Shown one piece after another: positions 26,281 through 38,545 of a DNA stretch of 64,000 bases. Both the position numbers and the translations under genes were made by a program. The DNA is from Camelus ferus (lineage: Eukaryota). How positions within the stretch are numbered: the first letter of the stretch is position 1; every line of letters begins with the position of its first letter. Under the pieces are notes generated by a model. That model was given only the letters and a program-made list of their open reading frames with translations, searched no databases and had not been told where the DNA came from. The stretch lies in NCBI RefSeq assembly GCF_009834535.1, contig NC_045697.1, positions 20,400,001 to 20,464,000 on the forward strand, given 5' to 3'.

Positions 26281-26319
26281 GAGGGGGTATACCTCAGTGG
26301 TAGAGCATTTGACTGCAGA
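26281..26319 (+). pseudogene. Tailless retropseudogene of the 5' half of tRNA-Cys(GCA)
   Basis: 26283-26319 GGGGGTATACCTCAGTGGTAGAGCATTTGACTGCAGA matches the first 37 nt of mammalian tRNA-Cys-GCA as I recall it, with one mismatch. Flanked by a 17-bp TSD GACAAATAGGAGTTGAA (26264-26280) / GACAAATAGGAGCTGAA (26318-26334). No poly(A). Confidence 0.9.
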
Positions 26320-26346
26320 CAAATAGGAGCTGAATTCAGCATACAT

Positions 26347-27003
26347 TTTTTTTTTATTGAAGTATAGTCTGTTTACAATGTTGTGTTAGTTTCTGGTGTA
26401 CAGCATAGTGATTCAGTTTTTTATATATATATAAATACAAATTATAAATATAAATATATATGTATACACACATACACACACATTCTTTTTCATTATAGGC
26501 TATTACAGGATATTGAATATAGTTCCAGGTGCTATACAGTAGGACCTTGTTTACCTATTTTATATATAGTAGAGAGTATCTGCAAATCCCGAACTCCAAA
26601 TTTATCCCTCCACATCCCTTTTCCACTGGTAACCATAAGATTGTTTTCTATGTCTATGAGTCTGTTTCTGTTTTGTAACTAAGTTCATTTGTGTTATGTT
26701 TTAGATTCCACATATAAGTGATAGCATATGGCACTTTTCTTTCTCTTTCTGGCTGACTTCACTTAGTATGATAATCTCCAGGTCCATTCATGTAGCTGCA
26801 AATGGCATTATTTCATTCATTTTTATGGCTGAGTAGTATTCCTGTGTGTGTGTGTGTTATCATTGTGTGTATGCCATGACATCTTTATCTAGTCATCTGT
26901 TGATGGACATTTAGGTTGCTTTCATGTCTTGGTTATTGTTAATAGTGCTATTACGAACATTGAGGTGCATGTATCTTTTTGAATTAGAGTTTCCTCTGGA
27001 TAT
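26347..27003 (-). mobile_element. 5'-truncated LINE-1 (3' UTR and end of ORF2)
   Basis: Poly(T), then TATTGAAGTATAG...TTTCTGGTGTACAGCATAGTGATTC...TTAGATTCCACATATAAGTGA...GCTGCAAATGGCATTATTTC...TCTGTTGATGGACATTTAGGTTG. Possible short TSD ATACATTTTT / ATACATATTT. Confidence 0.95.
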
Positions 27004-30000
27004 ACATATTTAACTTAGAAAAAACAGCTTTAAGGACTGTATGTAGATTGTGAGATTTGTGATAAATTATCCAATGATGACTCTAAGTTTTTTGTTGTAA
27101 AGCAATGGGTCAAATGCAGTTACCATATACTGAGGTGGGGAGGATTATAAGGCAGACTAATTGGGGAAGTCACTGAATTTAGCTTTGTAAATGCTGTTTT
27201 GAGATATCAATTAGCTATCCAGATGGAAATTTCAAGAAGGTGGTTGAACATCAGAATCTTGAGTTTAGTATAAGGTCAGGACTAGAAGGGTACATTCATA
27301 GATAAAGTCTTACAAAAACTATTAGTGGAAATATTATTCTTCCTAATATGTAAATGAAAAAACTGAGATCTATATTGTTTAATTTATTTTCTAATAATGA
27401 ACTCTAAGTTAATCCAGCTCTGTCTGATGGTATATACCATGGTCTTTCTTTTAGTATGGCTTAAGTTATAGACATTAAAGATTCAAAATAAACCAACTCC
27501 AATGTAATATTAAGAAGGAAAACTTCTTAATTATCCATTCTCCTTTTTTGTGGAAAGTCTGACCCAAAGGAACTTGAATTCATTTACTAAGTCATTAACA
27601 GTGTGTATTGAGCTCCTTTATATGCCAGACAGAAAGACAGGTTATGTCTCTGACTTCATAAAGCTTATGTTCAATAAAGGGATAACTACTAGTGTACACT
27701 TTTAGATTAAACTGAGTGCTTTCATACCATTGAGAAAATGAGTGAGAATGAGTAGTCAGGGAAAACCTCTACTTAAGTGGACTACCAAGTATTGAGAAAA
27801 AAACCAAACATGTCTAAATCCAGGAGTGGGCATGGGAGAATGGTTGGGGATCGGTATTAGCAAGTTATTGCAGGTGTTGGAGATGGAGTGGAGGGGAGGG
27901 GAGCCAGAGGACTTATCAAGCAGATGGACTAGCAAGTAAAAAGTTCCTGAACTAAGAGAATCACCAGTTAAAATTCATTTTTATTTGCTGCCAGTTATTT
28001 TTAAATAATTTAGAGCCACTCACATCTTTCTGGTCTATAGATTTCTTATTAAGGTTGCCTCCAATAGATTCATGGATCCCCACACTAAACCCCACATGTA
28101 CACACCTAAGAAACATTGGCACGACTTGTGATCTTCAAAAGCATGATGTTAATCTTTATTCCAGCAGCGTGAGATGGTGAGAAAGATTGAGAATTCAAGA
28201 TAGGTCATGGAAATCAGAAAGCTGATAAAGCTCAACAGAAGAATGAAACCAAAATCCTTCCTCCTGCTGTGTTGCATTAGGAGAGAAAATATTTCTGTGA
28301 CATATATTATCTTGGGTCAAAAGGCACTTCTTTGGAAAGATTGTGCTATGTCACATTGCTCTCTGTGGGGTCTCTCTGGTGAGGGTAATGAAATTCTTCT
28401 AGCTCTCAGCAGCCAGACGGATGCTTGTCTTTTCTGGATTACCCTATGTGCCAAAGAATGCCCAAAACTTCTGCGAGAAAGGGCACTGTACTGATGCTTT
28501 CCATTAGCTTTGGGGACCTACCTAAATTTTTCTAATACTCAGATATTTTGGATGTGGAATCTATGCCTCTGACTACAGTGCCAAGTGAAAAGGAGAATCT
28601 GGAAAAAAAATTATGAAATAAACTGTTAGTAAAGGATAAACATATCAATATATTCCAGAAGGCACCCGATAAATCCACGGAAAATACATATATTCTGGGT
28701 CAGACAGAAGAAAACAACAAAGACATCCATTATTTCAGAGATCAATGTGGATAAATAAATACACCTAAATGGCAGTTTAATTAACTCAAACGCATATGCA
28801 GTCCATATCACCAATGATTTTAAAATAAACTCTGCAAATACTTTCTGAGGCCAGAATATAATTAAATGTTTCAATGCTTATATGGAGAAAAAAATGGACC
28901 CAAACTTCAAGAAACCCAAATAAAATCTACATTTACAGAGTGTTCTAGGTAACAACGCATGTGTTCATATTTTACCTTTCATATTTTATCACTGGTAAAT
29001 TATTAGTCTCAATTTAAGGTTCACAGAGGATAAGGAAGCTTCCAGATTTCAGAAAATAATAAATGATAGATCCAAGTTGCGGAACTCGATCCTAGTATAG
29101 AAGAACTCTAAATTTCACAATTCTTCCCAAATGGAAGAAAGCCGTAATTGGTTAGTTGCGTTCACCAGGCCACTTCCCCATGTTCTCACTTCCTGTTCAT
29201 GTTACACTGAGTGGGGAAAAAAGGAAAATAAACACCATAATGTTTAATTACAGTCATCCTTTAGTTCCATGATTTTGCATGTAATTTATAGAAATTAAAA
29301 TATTACAAATTGAATAAACTTTATCTTCCGTATTACACATGGCATCCAGTTTCTTCAGGATTTGGGTCATATCTAGATAAATAATTTCTTTCAATTAACC
29401 ATAAAAATAGTAAAATAACTGATGTTGCTTTTCTTGAAGAAACTATTCATAATATCCACATTAAGAACGCCAAGGTCTTGCTCAAACATAATGATATTTT
29501 AAAGTCGAATGAATCTTAGTATTTAGAGAAAAGGCTATTCTCTTAGAAAAGTACCTGCAATTGTACAGAAAAGCCTCCACAAACTAATTATATTCTAAAT
29601 TTAAATTCCATCCTAAATAGAATTAAATTTATAAACTCTTCAATGGGGGAAAACCAAAAGCCACAAATCAAAAAACTTGGAAAAGAAGAATAGGTCCTGG
29701 AAAATGATTCGTTTCCAATGGGAACGAATCTTCCATAAAGATTTTACTCTAGTCACATGCAGGAGGTTTTCTATTATGCTCTATCTCAATTTTTCCAAAA
29801 GAAGAGAAACACAAAACAGGTTCTCCTTTATAGAAAGAGGAAACAAAAGAAAGGAGCAGATTGCACTGCATGGAAAGGTGGTATATGAGTTTTTAAATAG
29901 AACTGACAAAAGCTGACTGCTTTTCTAGATTGGAATAGAAAGAACAGAAATTCTGCACAGCAAGAGGACTTCATAGTCAAGCCTAACTTCTCTCAAAATT

Positions 30001-32254
30001 TGAAGGAAAAAGGCTTATTAGTAATTGGATATCTATGGTAATTTTTCTTAGTGATATATATAATAATTTTTTCTGTAAACTTATAAATGTGATATTAAAT
30101 CTTTTGATCTCTGTGCTACTCATGAACACAGAAGAATCGATTACTTCTTTCTCTATGACGTCAACACAGTTTATAATTATCTTTAACTTTGCATTGTCCT
30201 ACTGTGTGGGTTGCCAAATATTTTCTGGACTGGGATATCCAAACCTTTTCAATCCAACTTGTAATTTGTAACTTTGATTTCTTTTCAATCAATCCGATTA
30301 AAATTCAAGAAAATAATAAGGACATCAACCAGTTTTCTAAGACTCTGTCTATCCTGGTTTTCAAACAGGATATTCTCATAATGTAGATCTCCTTTTCTTC
30401 AAGAGGCATGTGACTGATGGCCAGTGTGATGTTAGTGAATTCACCTGGATTAGGCACATGAATTCCTAACTTTCTCCTCTTGGGAAAGCCAGAGAAGAAA
30501 TCATACTGAAGGATTTCTTTGTTAGCTCCCCCCTCGCTGCAGCCTTCAAAACAGAGCCAGCTCCTGACTGGTCCAATGCCCTGCCAATCTGTAATATAAG
30601 AAGCAGAGGTTCCTGGGTAATCATTTTATATCCTTACAAAACTAAGCCAGAGGGGTAGGTGTCTAATTATTTTCCAGGCTCAGTTGCTTTATTTTACTGA
30701 TTGACACAAAAGGTACCTAACACAAGAAAGAAAATGACCTGATCTGTACAAAGTCACCTTTGAATCTTTGTGTTCACCAATGGCAAAGCCATATACTATA
30801 TATTTTCCCTTTCAACTCCCTTAAAAGCATTATCTAATTAGATGAATGCTTTGACAAGGAGGAAACCAGGGTCACTTTTTTAAAATGAAGAAATTTCATA
30901 GTGATTATAAGGCTATGTGAGAGCTGTGATACATTAAAGACACACTGATGATAATAATAATATAATCATAATAAAAGCACTGGTTTAAATTGACAGACTT
31001 TAGAGGGGAAAATGATGGTCTAGGTCAACTGGTCTAGTAGTTAATGACACTGACATCTTAACCTTCCCTTAGCCTGATGCATTTGCAAACATCTGAACCC
31101 ACCAGGGATTTAATTTTTACTAAGTTTTTTTCTTTCCAGAAACCACGATGATTACTAATCAACAATCATAGTTTAATAGTGTCTTCACAGTGGTTTTCTG
31201 ATGCAGCATGAATAATTGCCTACCATATGCATCGCTCAACTTTCATAACAAACCTCAGCTCTGAATTGAAAACTAAACGTGCTAATCTATTCACTGCACT
31301 GAGCTCATGCATGAAGTGCAAGAGAATGTCAGAGAAGTTATCCTTTTCTTCACATAGCCTTTATTTTTTCCCTCCATTCTCTCTTCAAGCTTTTCAGCAC
31401 ATCACTGTCACCACCAACGACCACTACACGAGGTGGTAGCCTGGGCTTCTAGCTGATCCCATTCGTGGACCCCCAATATCGATAGTTCTTGACTCATAAG
31501 CGGAAGTGAAAATGATTGGTTAGCCCCATCCTTTGCCCTGGAATAAATGTGCTTGAAAGCCTCAGAATACTTTGTATTTCTTTACTCAAAACAGGACAGT
31601 AATTGTAAAGACTAAGAAGCTGAGACCAAGTGTCCTAGCAAAAGGGGGAGTGTGCACTAAAAAATTACTTACTGATGGAGAGGGTAGCTGCTTCTATTCA
31701 GAGCTATTGGTTCTTCCATAGTATAAGTACTAAGTTGACATAACTTGCAGGTGCTAGCCATGATTTTCTTAAAAAATTGTTCGTTTTTACACTCTGAAGT
31801 GATAAAACTCCCTCTTTCCTGAGTACATGTTTCCAGTGCATCTGTAGAGTCCTCAGAAAGCAGGGAGACAATGTTCAGAGTGAACAGTGTGTATGGATCT
31901 AAAAAACCCTTTTGAGCTGTAAAGAATGAAAAATAGGTATTATGACCTAGTGATGAAAGTATCAAGTGCAGGGCTCCCCCAAGGGGATTTAAGGCACAGA
32001 ATTTATCAAGGATTAAGCGAAAGGGCAGAGCCAAATAGAATATTTGGTGGGGTTGGCTAATAATAGCAGAGTCCCTTATGGAGAGTGTCCACTGCTGATT
32101 TCTGTCCCCTCACTCTGCTGCTCTGCTCTGTCTCTACCTCCTCCCTCCACTCCTCCAACTTCAGTAAAGAATCTTTTTCCCACAGAAGTTTCATTCAAAG
32201 TGATTCACTGTGTTTGGAGTCAATCGGGTTTAAATCGTACTTCCATCCATGACT

Positions 32255-32440
32255 AACCTGGGTGACTCTGACGAGTTTTTTTAGTGGTGGTTGCTCTTTC
32301 AAAGTTTGTTTCCTAACTTGGAAAATGTTGATAATTATAGTAACTCCTTTATATGAGGGTAGTAGGATTAAACGGGTTACCATAGATGTCAAGTATTTGC
32401 AAGGTGGTTGGCACACAGTAGGTACCCAATAAATAGTGTC
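32255..32440 (+). mobile_element. MIR SINE remnant
   Basis: GTTTCCTAACTTGGAAAATG...AGGATTAAA...TGGCACACAGTAGGTACCCAATAAATAG. Confidence 0.65.
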
Positions 32441-33089
32441 AATGAATACTAGATCTTATGTCGTGGAGAGAAAAACAATTGCCTATTGAATACATTGGTA
32501 CCTCTACCTGGCTGTAGGCTTTCTTGGTCCAGTGGCTTTTTTTTCTCATGAGCAGGAGTCACGGAGATATTGTATTCTTCATGGGACTAACAAATGCCAT
32601 CAGCACCAGTTTTCAACTTCCCTGGGCAGTTGAAATCAAGCTGTAAGATGGTTGTCTTTCTAATAGAAAACAAGGTCATTTTCATTAAAACAAATGATAC
32701 AAGTGCAGACAAATGTCACCAGCACTTTTACAAAGTTCCTATAACAATGAGGAATGGAAAAAGTAGAAACTCTTTCCTGATGAACATTCTAAGGTGAATC
32801 CAGCCGTGCCTGGCCCTGGTGCACCTCTCCAAAGTTGATAGAACCCATCATGTTACCTGTTAACTATGGACTCTGTCTGAGATTACAGATGTGTACGCGT
32901 AACATTTACACTGTTCATTTAAGACATTTGCTGAACTCATTGTGATCATCTTTATCATCATCAGCAGCAGCATAACAATCATCATTAGAATGGTGTTAAA
33001 AATGTCTTAAATATGGTGGAAAGAATAAAAATGGGTAGCACTTTGTTCTGCCCTCTCAGGTGCTTATAATTTAGGTGGTTATATAATAA

Positions 33090-33445
33090 TAAGACCTAAA
33101 ATGTGTAACTCCAACCCAAACTAGCTCCCTGTCTTCCAACTCTGCTATATATTTGCCTATTTAGCAATTCTACTTGGCTCTCTAAAAGGCAATTCAGACT
33201 CTACAAAGACAAAACCAAACTCTTAATCCTTTTCCATAACTCATTCCTGTTATTACAGTTTCCTATGTAAGTAAAGACTTTCGAGCTAACAGAGTGTTCA
33301 GATCCAGAACCTTGGACAATCTTTTAATTTCTCTATTTTCACTATAATACACATTGAATCTATAAGAAACTGCTATTAGCTTCAACTCCAAGGTATATTT
33401 TACATCCATCTCCACTACCATTATCTTAGCCCAAGTCAACATCTT
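33090..33445 (+). mobile_element. L2 internal fragment
   Basis: CTCCAACCCAAAC...TCTACTTGG...AAAACCAAACTC...CATCTCCACTACCATTATCTTAGCCCAAGTCAACATC. Confidence 0.6.
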
Positions 33446-33940
33446 TATATAAAGTATGTAAATATCCATGGATTAGAGTATATTTCCTTGACATTAGCAT
33501 TTGTTTTATATTCACAATACATGATCCACCTGAAATTTCAATCAAGAGGGCTTCAGAAGCAGCAGAAGCAAACAACAGAAAAAAAAAAGTAACAAAATTA
33601 AAGGTCTAATCATGGTTTTATCTCTACTTTTTAACCATGATTAAATGGTTTAATCAGTTTAAAAAACCAAAAAACAAAAATAAAAACTGTTTTGCCTAAA
33701 TTACCCCTTTGTAAAATGTGCATATCACATTTGTCCTATAGGACAGTTTATTGTGATCTTTTTTTTTCCCCTTGCTCTGGTATGTCAGATGAAAAAAATA
33801 AAAACTCACAGTGATTTTATCTTCCCACTTCCGTTTTACAAAAGTCATTCTTTAAAGCACCTTGGAGGGACTGGCTGGAGGGTGTGAAAGGAGGATTAAA
33901 AATTTCTTTCTACTTTGAAAGCCTCATTAGATGATCCTCC

Positions 33941-34931
33941 TGTTAGCAGTTGAAAGACTCCCTCTTAGAATGGAGATCTCACAAGAGGTGGGTTCTTGTC
34001 TGCTGACTGGAAAGAATTCATAGCTGAGGCACAGGGACAGAGTAATAGCTGCTTTATTTCTCAAAAGAGGAAAAGGAAGAAAAGCACTCAAGCAAGGAAA
34101 AAGGAAGAAAAGCCTTGAATGAGGAAAAGGCGTTCGAGCAGAGCGCCATCAGCCAAGATGGTCAGTAGAGACAGTTTGGCCTGGGTCAGGTCACATGGAC
34201 TTTTATGAAAGGCTTCTGCCATTATGTCCTCTTTCCCGATGTGATGGAGCCAATCAGTCCTTGTATGGGCTTTTCCAGTGGGTTGTCATGGCAATCAACT
34301 GTCATGGTACTGGTGGGTGTGTCACTTAGCACGCTAATACATTACAGTGAGTGTATAATGAGGCTTAAGGTCCATAGGAAGTCACATCCTCCACCATTTT
34401 GGGCTCTGTTGATTCTAACCAGTTCTTATTTCTTCTCATTGCACCTGCCTCCTGAGACTTAGATAAAAGTCATTGGTTTCTAGGAGAGGGAGGGACAGGG
34501 TTATGTATGATCCTGGGGGCAATAGCCTTGGTAACAAAAAGGAAAATTGCTTTTACTCAGAATGCTTGCAATACGGTGGACCCAGTGTTCCCCCCAATAA
34601 GCCGTCTGATGATTCTGCTCAGTCATAAACAAGAGGCAAAGGTTGGCAAGGTGGGGGAGGGGGCTTTGTTCCTGCAGAAGAACTTAAACATAATGTTATG
34701 TATACTCCTCAAGGAGGAACCAGGACTCTGCCACAGGTCTACACTGTTTCTTCTCTGCTCCCCCGCTTCTCTCTGCATTCCCTCCCTTCCCTGATTAGCA
34801 ACTGTTTGAATCTACCTTTTGGAACTCAAGGAAGGTCAAGGAGACTGCAGGAATTCTATTTCTTTCAAAAGAGAAATGGGGACAGAAAGAATTTGTACCA
34901 GGGAGGGCCCACAGGGTCCAGCTTACTTTCA
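33941..34931 (-). mobile_element. ERV1-class solo LTR (about 990 bp)
   Basis: TG...CA termini with a perfect 4-bp TSD CTCC/CTCC. The minus strand starts TGAAAGTAAGCTGGACCCTGTGGG, and minus-strand AATAAA lies near 34053. Confidence 0.88.
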
Positions 34932-36017
34932 CTCCAGCTAGATGCTTTGAGAAGAAGCCAGTGAAAAATAACAAAAGTGGGAGAACTGAGCATTGAAACC
35001 TTTCTAAGCTACTGTACTGAGTGATACTTTTCACAAAATGGTGAGTTCCTGATTCCCACTTACACACAATATCCTAGATAAGGGATGGCAGACTTTTTAT
35101 ACTAAGCTTCTTGTCTTGCAAACAGAATCACTGACCCATTGTGAAAGAGTCTACAGTCAGAGAGTAGGTCTCCTGGGAAGACATCCCAGTTCTTTACCCT
35201 GAAAATGTCATCTGATAGTATGTGGAGGGACAGTTTGGCAGCATTTTGCAACCAAAGTATATCAAGGATGGTGATCATCATGGACCAGTTCTCATTCTTT
35301 AGAGACACAATTTCATTCAGTTGGAGAAAGAGTCCAATGATAACTAATACTGGACTTCTCATCAAACCTGTAAGTGGAAACTGAACCTAATATTTAAATA
35401 AAATAAAATAAAATACTTTAATTAGTTGAATCAATAAAAATAATTATCAGAGCTGAATTTATGCCAGGATCCCTACCAAACATAGGGGTATCAATAAGAT
35501 ATAATGAATAAAAACATAAGTAGGCCCTATCCTTATGAAATTTATACACTGATAATTTCTCAGGTGGACTTTTATCCAATGTACCTAACTCCCCAAATAC
35601 CGAATTTGTTACTCTACATTTATTTAATCAATAAGCAACTATTTTTCTACATGATATTTTCAATAATTACTTCAGTAACTTTTCTCAATCAATTCAAATC
35701 AGTCACTTAGATTTCAAGATTATCCATTACCTATCTTTTAATTTCACTCATTTTTCAATCCTAATTGCTACTATAATAAAGAATTTGTTTCCATCCTCAG
35801 TGTTTTCATTCTAGTTGAGAATGCAGCTTTGTAATATGCTTTGGTAATTTACGCCCTTCATAAAAACTTATTTCAATCTGCCAGCATTTATCAATTATCT
35901 ACCAAGAACGGTCCAATCTGTGGAATTCTCTTTGGTATTTAATCAATTTTTTTTTTCAATTTTTTTGATTGGTTGATTTCTGGCATTGTAATAGAATAAA
36001 AATTCTTGAGTGCCTCT

Positions 36018-36463
36018 TACAGATTATTGCAGTAATGGCCCCCAACTTATCCCAGTCACTCCCTGGCCACATTTTAGGGAACCATCCCCACACTGATTCT
36101 GGGCTTGACAAGTAACTTTGTTTGACTAACAAGACAGTAGCAAAATTGATGAAAGCTTGGAAAGAGATTTCTCATTGGTGTTGTGAACAAGGCCAAACTA
36201 GATTCCTTGAATATGAGAGGCCACAGTGAGTCAAACTAAGGCCCCTCAGCTGACTGTCGGCTACCCCTAGCTGAGCCAGCAACCATGTGCAGATCCAAGA
36301 TTGAGACCCAGCCGAGATCAGCTGATCCTGGCCCAGATCAACAAAACCATGTTGTTGGGCCAGGCTAGCTTGTTAATTCTCTGAACAATAAGCTAAACAG
36401 ATGTTATTTTCTTAAACCACTAGATTTTGGGGTGATTCATTACACTACAAAGCGAACAAACAC
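36018..36463 (+). mobile_element. Older MLT1 (F/G/H-like) solo LTR
   Basis: CAGATTATTGCAGTAATGGCCCC...TGACAAGTAACTTTGTTTGACTAA...GAGACCCAGCCGAGATCAG...TTAAACCACTAGATTTTGGGGTGATT. Confidence 0.7.
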
Positions 36464-37993
36464 AGAAACCAACAATTTAAGTATGTAGATAATACTCAAC
36501 TACGCTAGTTCTCTACTCTCATAAATTTCTTGTGGAAATTAAATTACTATAAGGTTTACCACATCCAGAGCCTTGAAGCTTCAAATATAATCTGATATAG
36601 TTCAGATTAAAATACAACAGACTTTGAATATTCTAATACATGATTGTTTAAATAAAATGGAGCCTAAATAAAAATCGTATATGTTTAACCTTTTATGATT
36701 ATGAAATATTTTTTCAGATATGAATGACATTTTTAGAAAGAGTTTTTTTTTTATTATTTGTCTTTATACTCTTAAAATAATATGTAGACATTACAAGTAA
36801 TGTTGAAATAGTTTGTAGTTTTGCCTCTTTAATTAGTTAAACTCGATCTTTCCCATGGTACTACATTAAGTTACGTGTGTGTGCTTTTTAATATATTTGA
36901 GAAGAGTTTGAAAAAGCTTAGAAGTAAATCTCAGGGTGACTTCAGCTCTTACGCCCTCCAAATAAATCCCAAACACCACTAATATCTTAGAAACTTTGTT
37001 TTATTTTTCTATTTTAGAAACTAAGCAAAATTATAATCCTTTGACAACTTCCCAAGTCTCTTGAAAATATTCCAAAATATATAGGAAACTTAAAATAACC
37101 CTAGCCAATAAATTGAGAGTGGAATTTTGCATCTTTGCCTCTCCAGAATGGGTTTTACTCTTTCCAGTATACACAAGGCATATTAATACATGCAAATGCC
37201 CAATAAAGTCCTGGCTATTTGGAACCACATACTGTATTTTAGGATAGCTTTAAAAAAATTCTTGGTTTTCTTGATTTCCAAAACAAATTGTTTTAAGGTA
37301 ATTTAGTATTGGTATTCAATTATATGTAATAAATGTTGTGAGTTTTGTTTTTGAGAATGAGTAAATTTCAAACAATAAGTAATGTATTTCACTTAAAGGA
37401 TAAACATGTTCCAAAACACTGTCAATCTAATGTTCTAACTAACTAGAACTCATTGCGATTGCAAACTCTTTGGCTGTCAGCCAGAGTTTTAAAATTCTAC
37501 ACCAGTTTTCACAGCACTATATTATGAAAATCTTAAGTGTTTTCAAGCAATTGTTTTGCTTTTACTAGCCTGCATTTCTGAGAACTTTTCTTAACCTCGA
37601 ATTCAGTAAACAAATACACGTTTTTAATTTTATAATTTTAAACATTTTATAAATATTTTTTATAAAAATAGTTCGAATTCATAACAGTGGATGTGAGGTT
37701 TTAATAATAACCCTGGTAATGCTAAATATACAGAGTCCTTTAGCATTTTCAGGGGATATGTCTTCCTTGGAAAGTTACTTAAGGATTTTCTTTTACAGAA
37801 AACCATATAGGCTGTGCTCTCTTGAGTTATAATTGCTTAGACAAAATGTAAGTGGGTTTTGTGTATCTGTTCACATCATAGTCTATGACAGCTATTGGTA
37901 AGAAATTCATTATAGAGATTGTGAGCTAGATAGTTTGTAGGAAGAGTTCAAGATCCCTGCCCTGTAGTTAGTTATCAGTTTAGGAGACATATA

Positions 37994-38545
37994 TGTTATG
38001 TAGTTAGATAAGTGGCAGCACTGGGCAGATAAAGTGGAAAAGATGGAGGATGGTCCAGAAGATGGCTTTATGCCCACCTTCAGCAGAAAGGGGCTTTGCT
38101 TCCTCTAAATGAGTGCCAGCAAGAAACAGGTTAGATCCTGACAGCTGCACCTGCGCGGTAGTGACAAGGACCTAACTGGACATGACCCTATGCTCATCGT
38201 AACATAATTAGCATTGGGGTTTAGGTTCCCTCCCATGGGTTTTTCTGTGTGCATCATGGGTAAGGACATGTGCAGAAGGGGACTAGCATGACTGAGCACT
38301 CCAGGGGCAAGAGCCAACAATCAAGGGACCACCTCTAAGCAAAGGGGTAAGAGAAGTGGCAAACAAAGACCACTGCTATCTGCCCTTGAATCAGCCTGCC
38401 TCCTGTTTTTAGAGGTGTACTTTCCCTTTGCTGAATAAAGCCCTTGAAATCTTTCGCTATACAATGCTTCTGTCTTCTGTCTGAATTCTTTTCTTTCAGT
38501 TATGACAAGAACTGGGGTCTTTTCCCTTCCCCTTTTAGGGTAACC
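37994..38545 (+). mobile_element. ERV1-class solo LTR
   Basis: TGTTA...TAACC (TAACA with one change), TSD TATA/TATA, AATAAA at about 38434 followed by U5-like CTGAATTCTTT...ACAAGAAC. Confidence 0.8.

Larger units (their letters stand above)
25445..27300 (-). mobile_element. Fragmented L2 (about 25445-25679, 26016-26340, 27010-27300) hosting younger insertions
   Basis: (ATTC)n AACAAATA tail at 25450; GAAGTGACATTTGTGCA; TACTGAGGTGGGGAGGA...TTTGAGATATCAATTAGCTATCCAGATGGAAAT match reverse-complement L2. Confidence 0.72.

Noticed and set aside
31669..32034. 121-aa ORF, and similar ORFs at 18995-19306, 14429-14734 and 46694-47053
   Set aside because: No recognisable domain, often non-ATG starts or overlap with repeats, and lengths compatible with chance.
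33607..33643. 11-bp inverted repeat TAATCATGGTT/AACCATGATTA
   Set aside because: AT-rich, short and without TSD; plausible by chance.
35125..35369. Coding exon suggested by AG/GTAAGT boundaries
   Set aside because: Stops in all three frames and no independent support.
37799..37847. 49-nt exon with a good acceptor and AAT|GTAAGT donor
   Set aside because: Weak exonic donor bases, unrecognised peptide, and such site pairs are common by chance.
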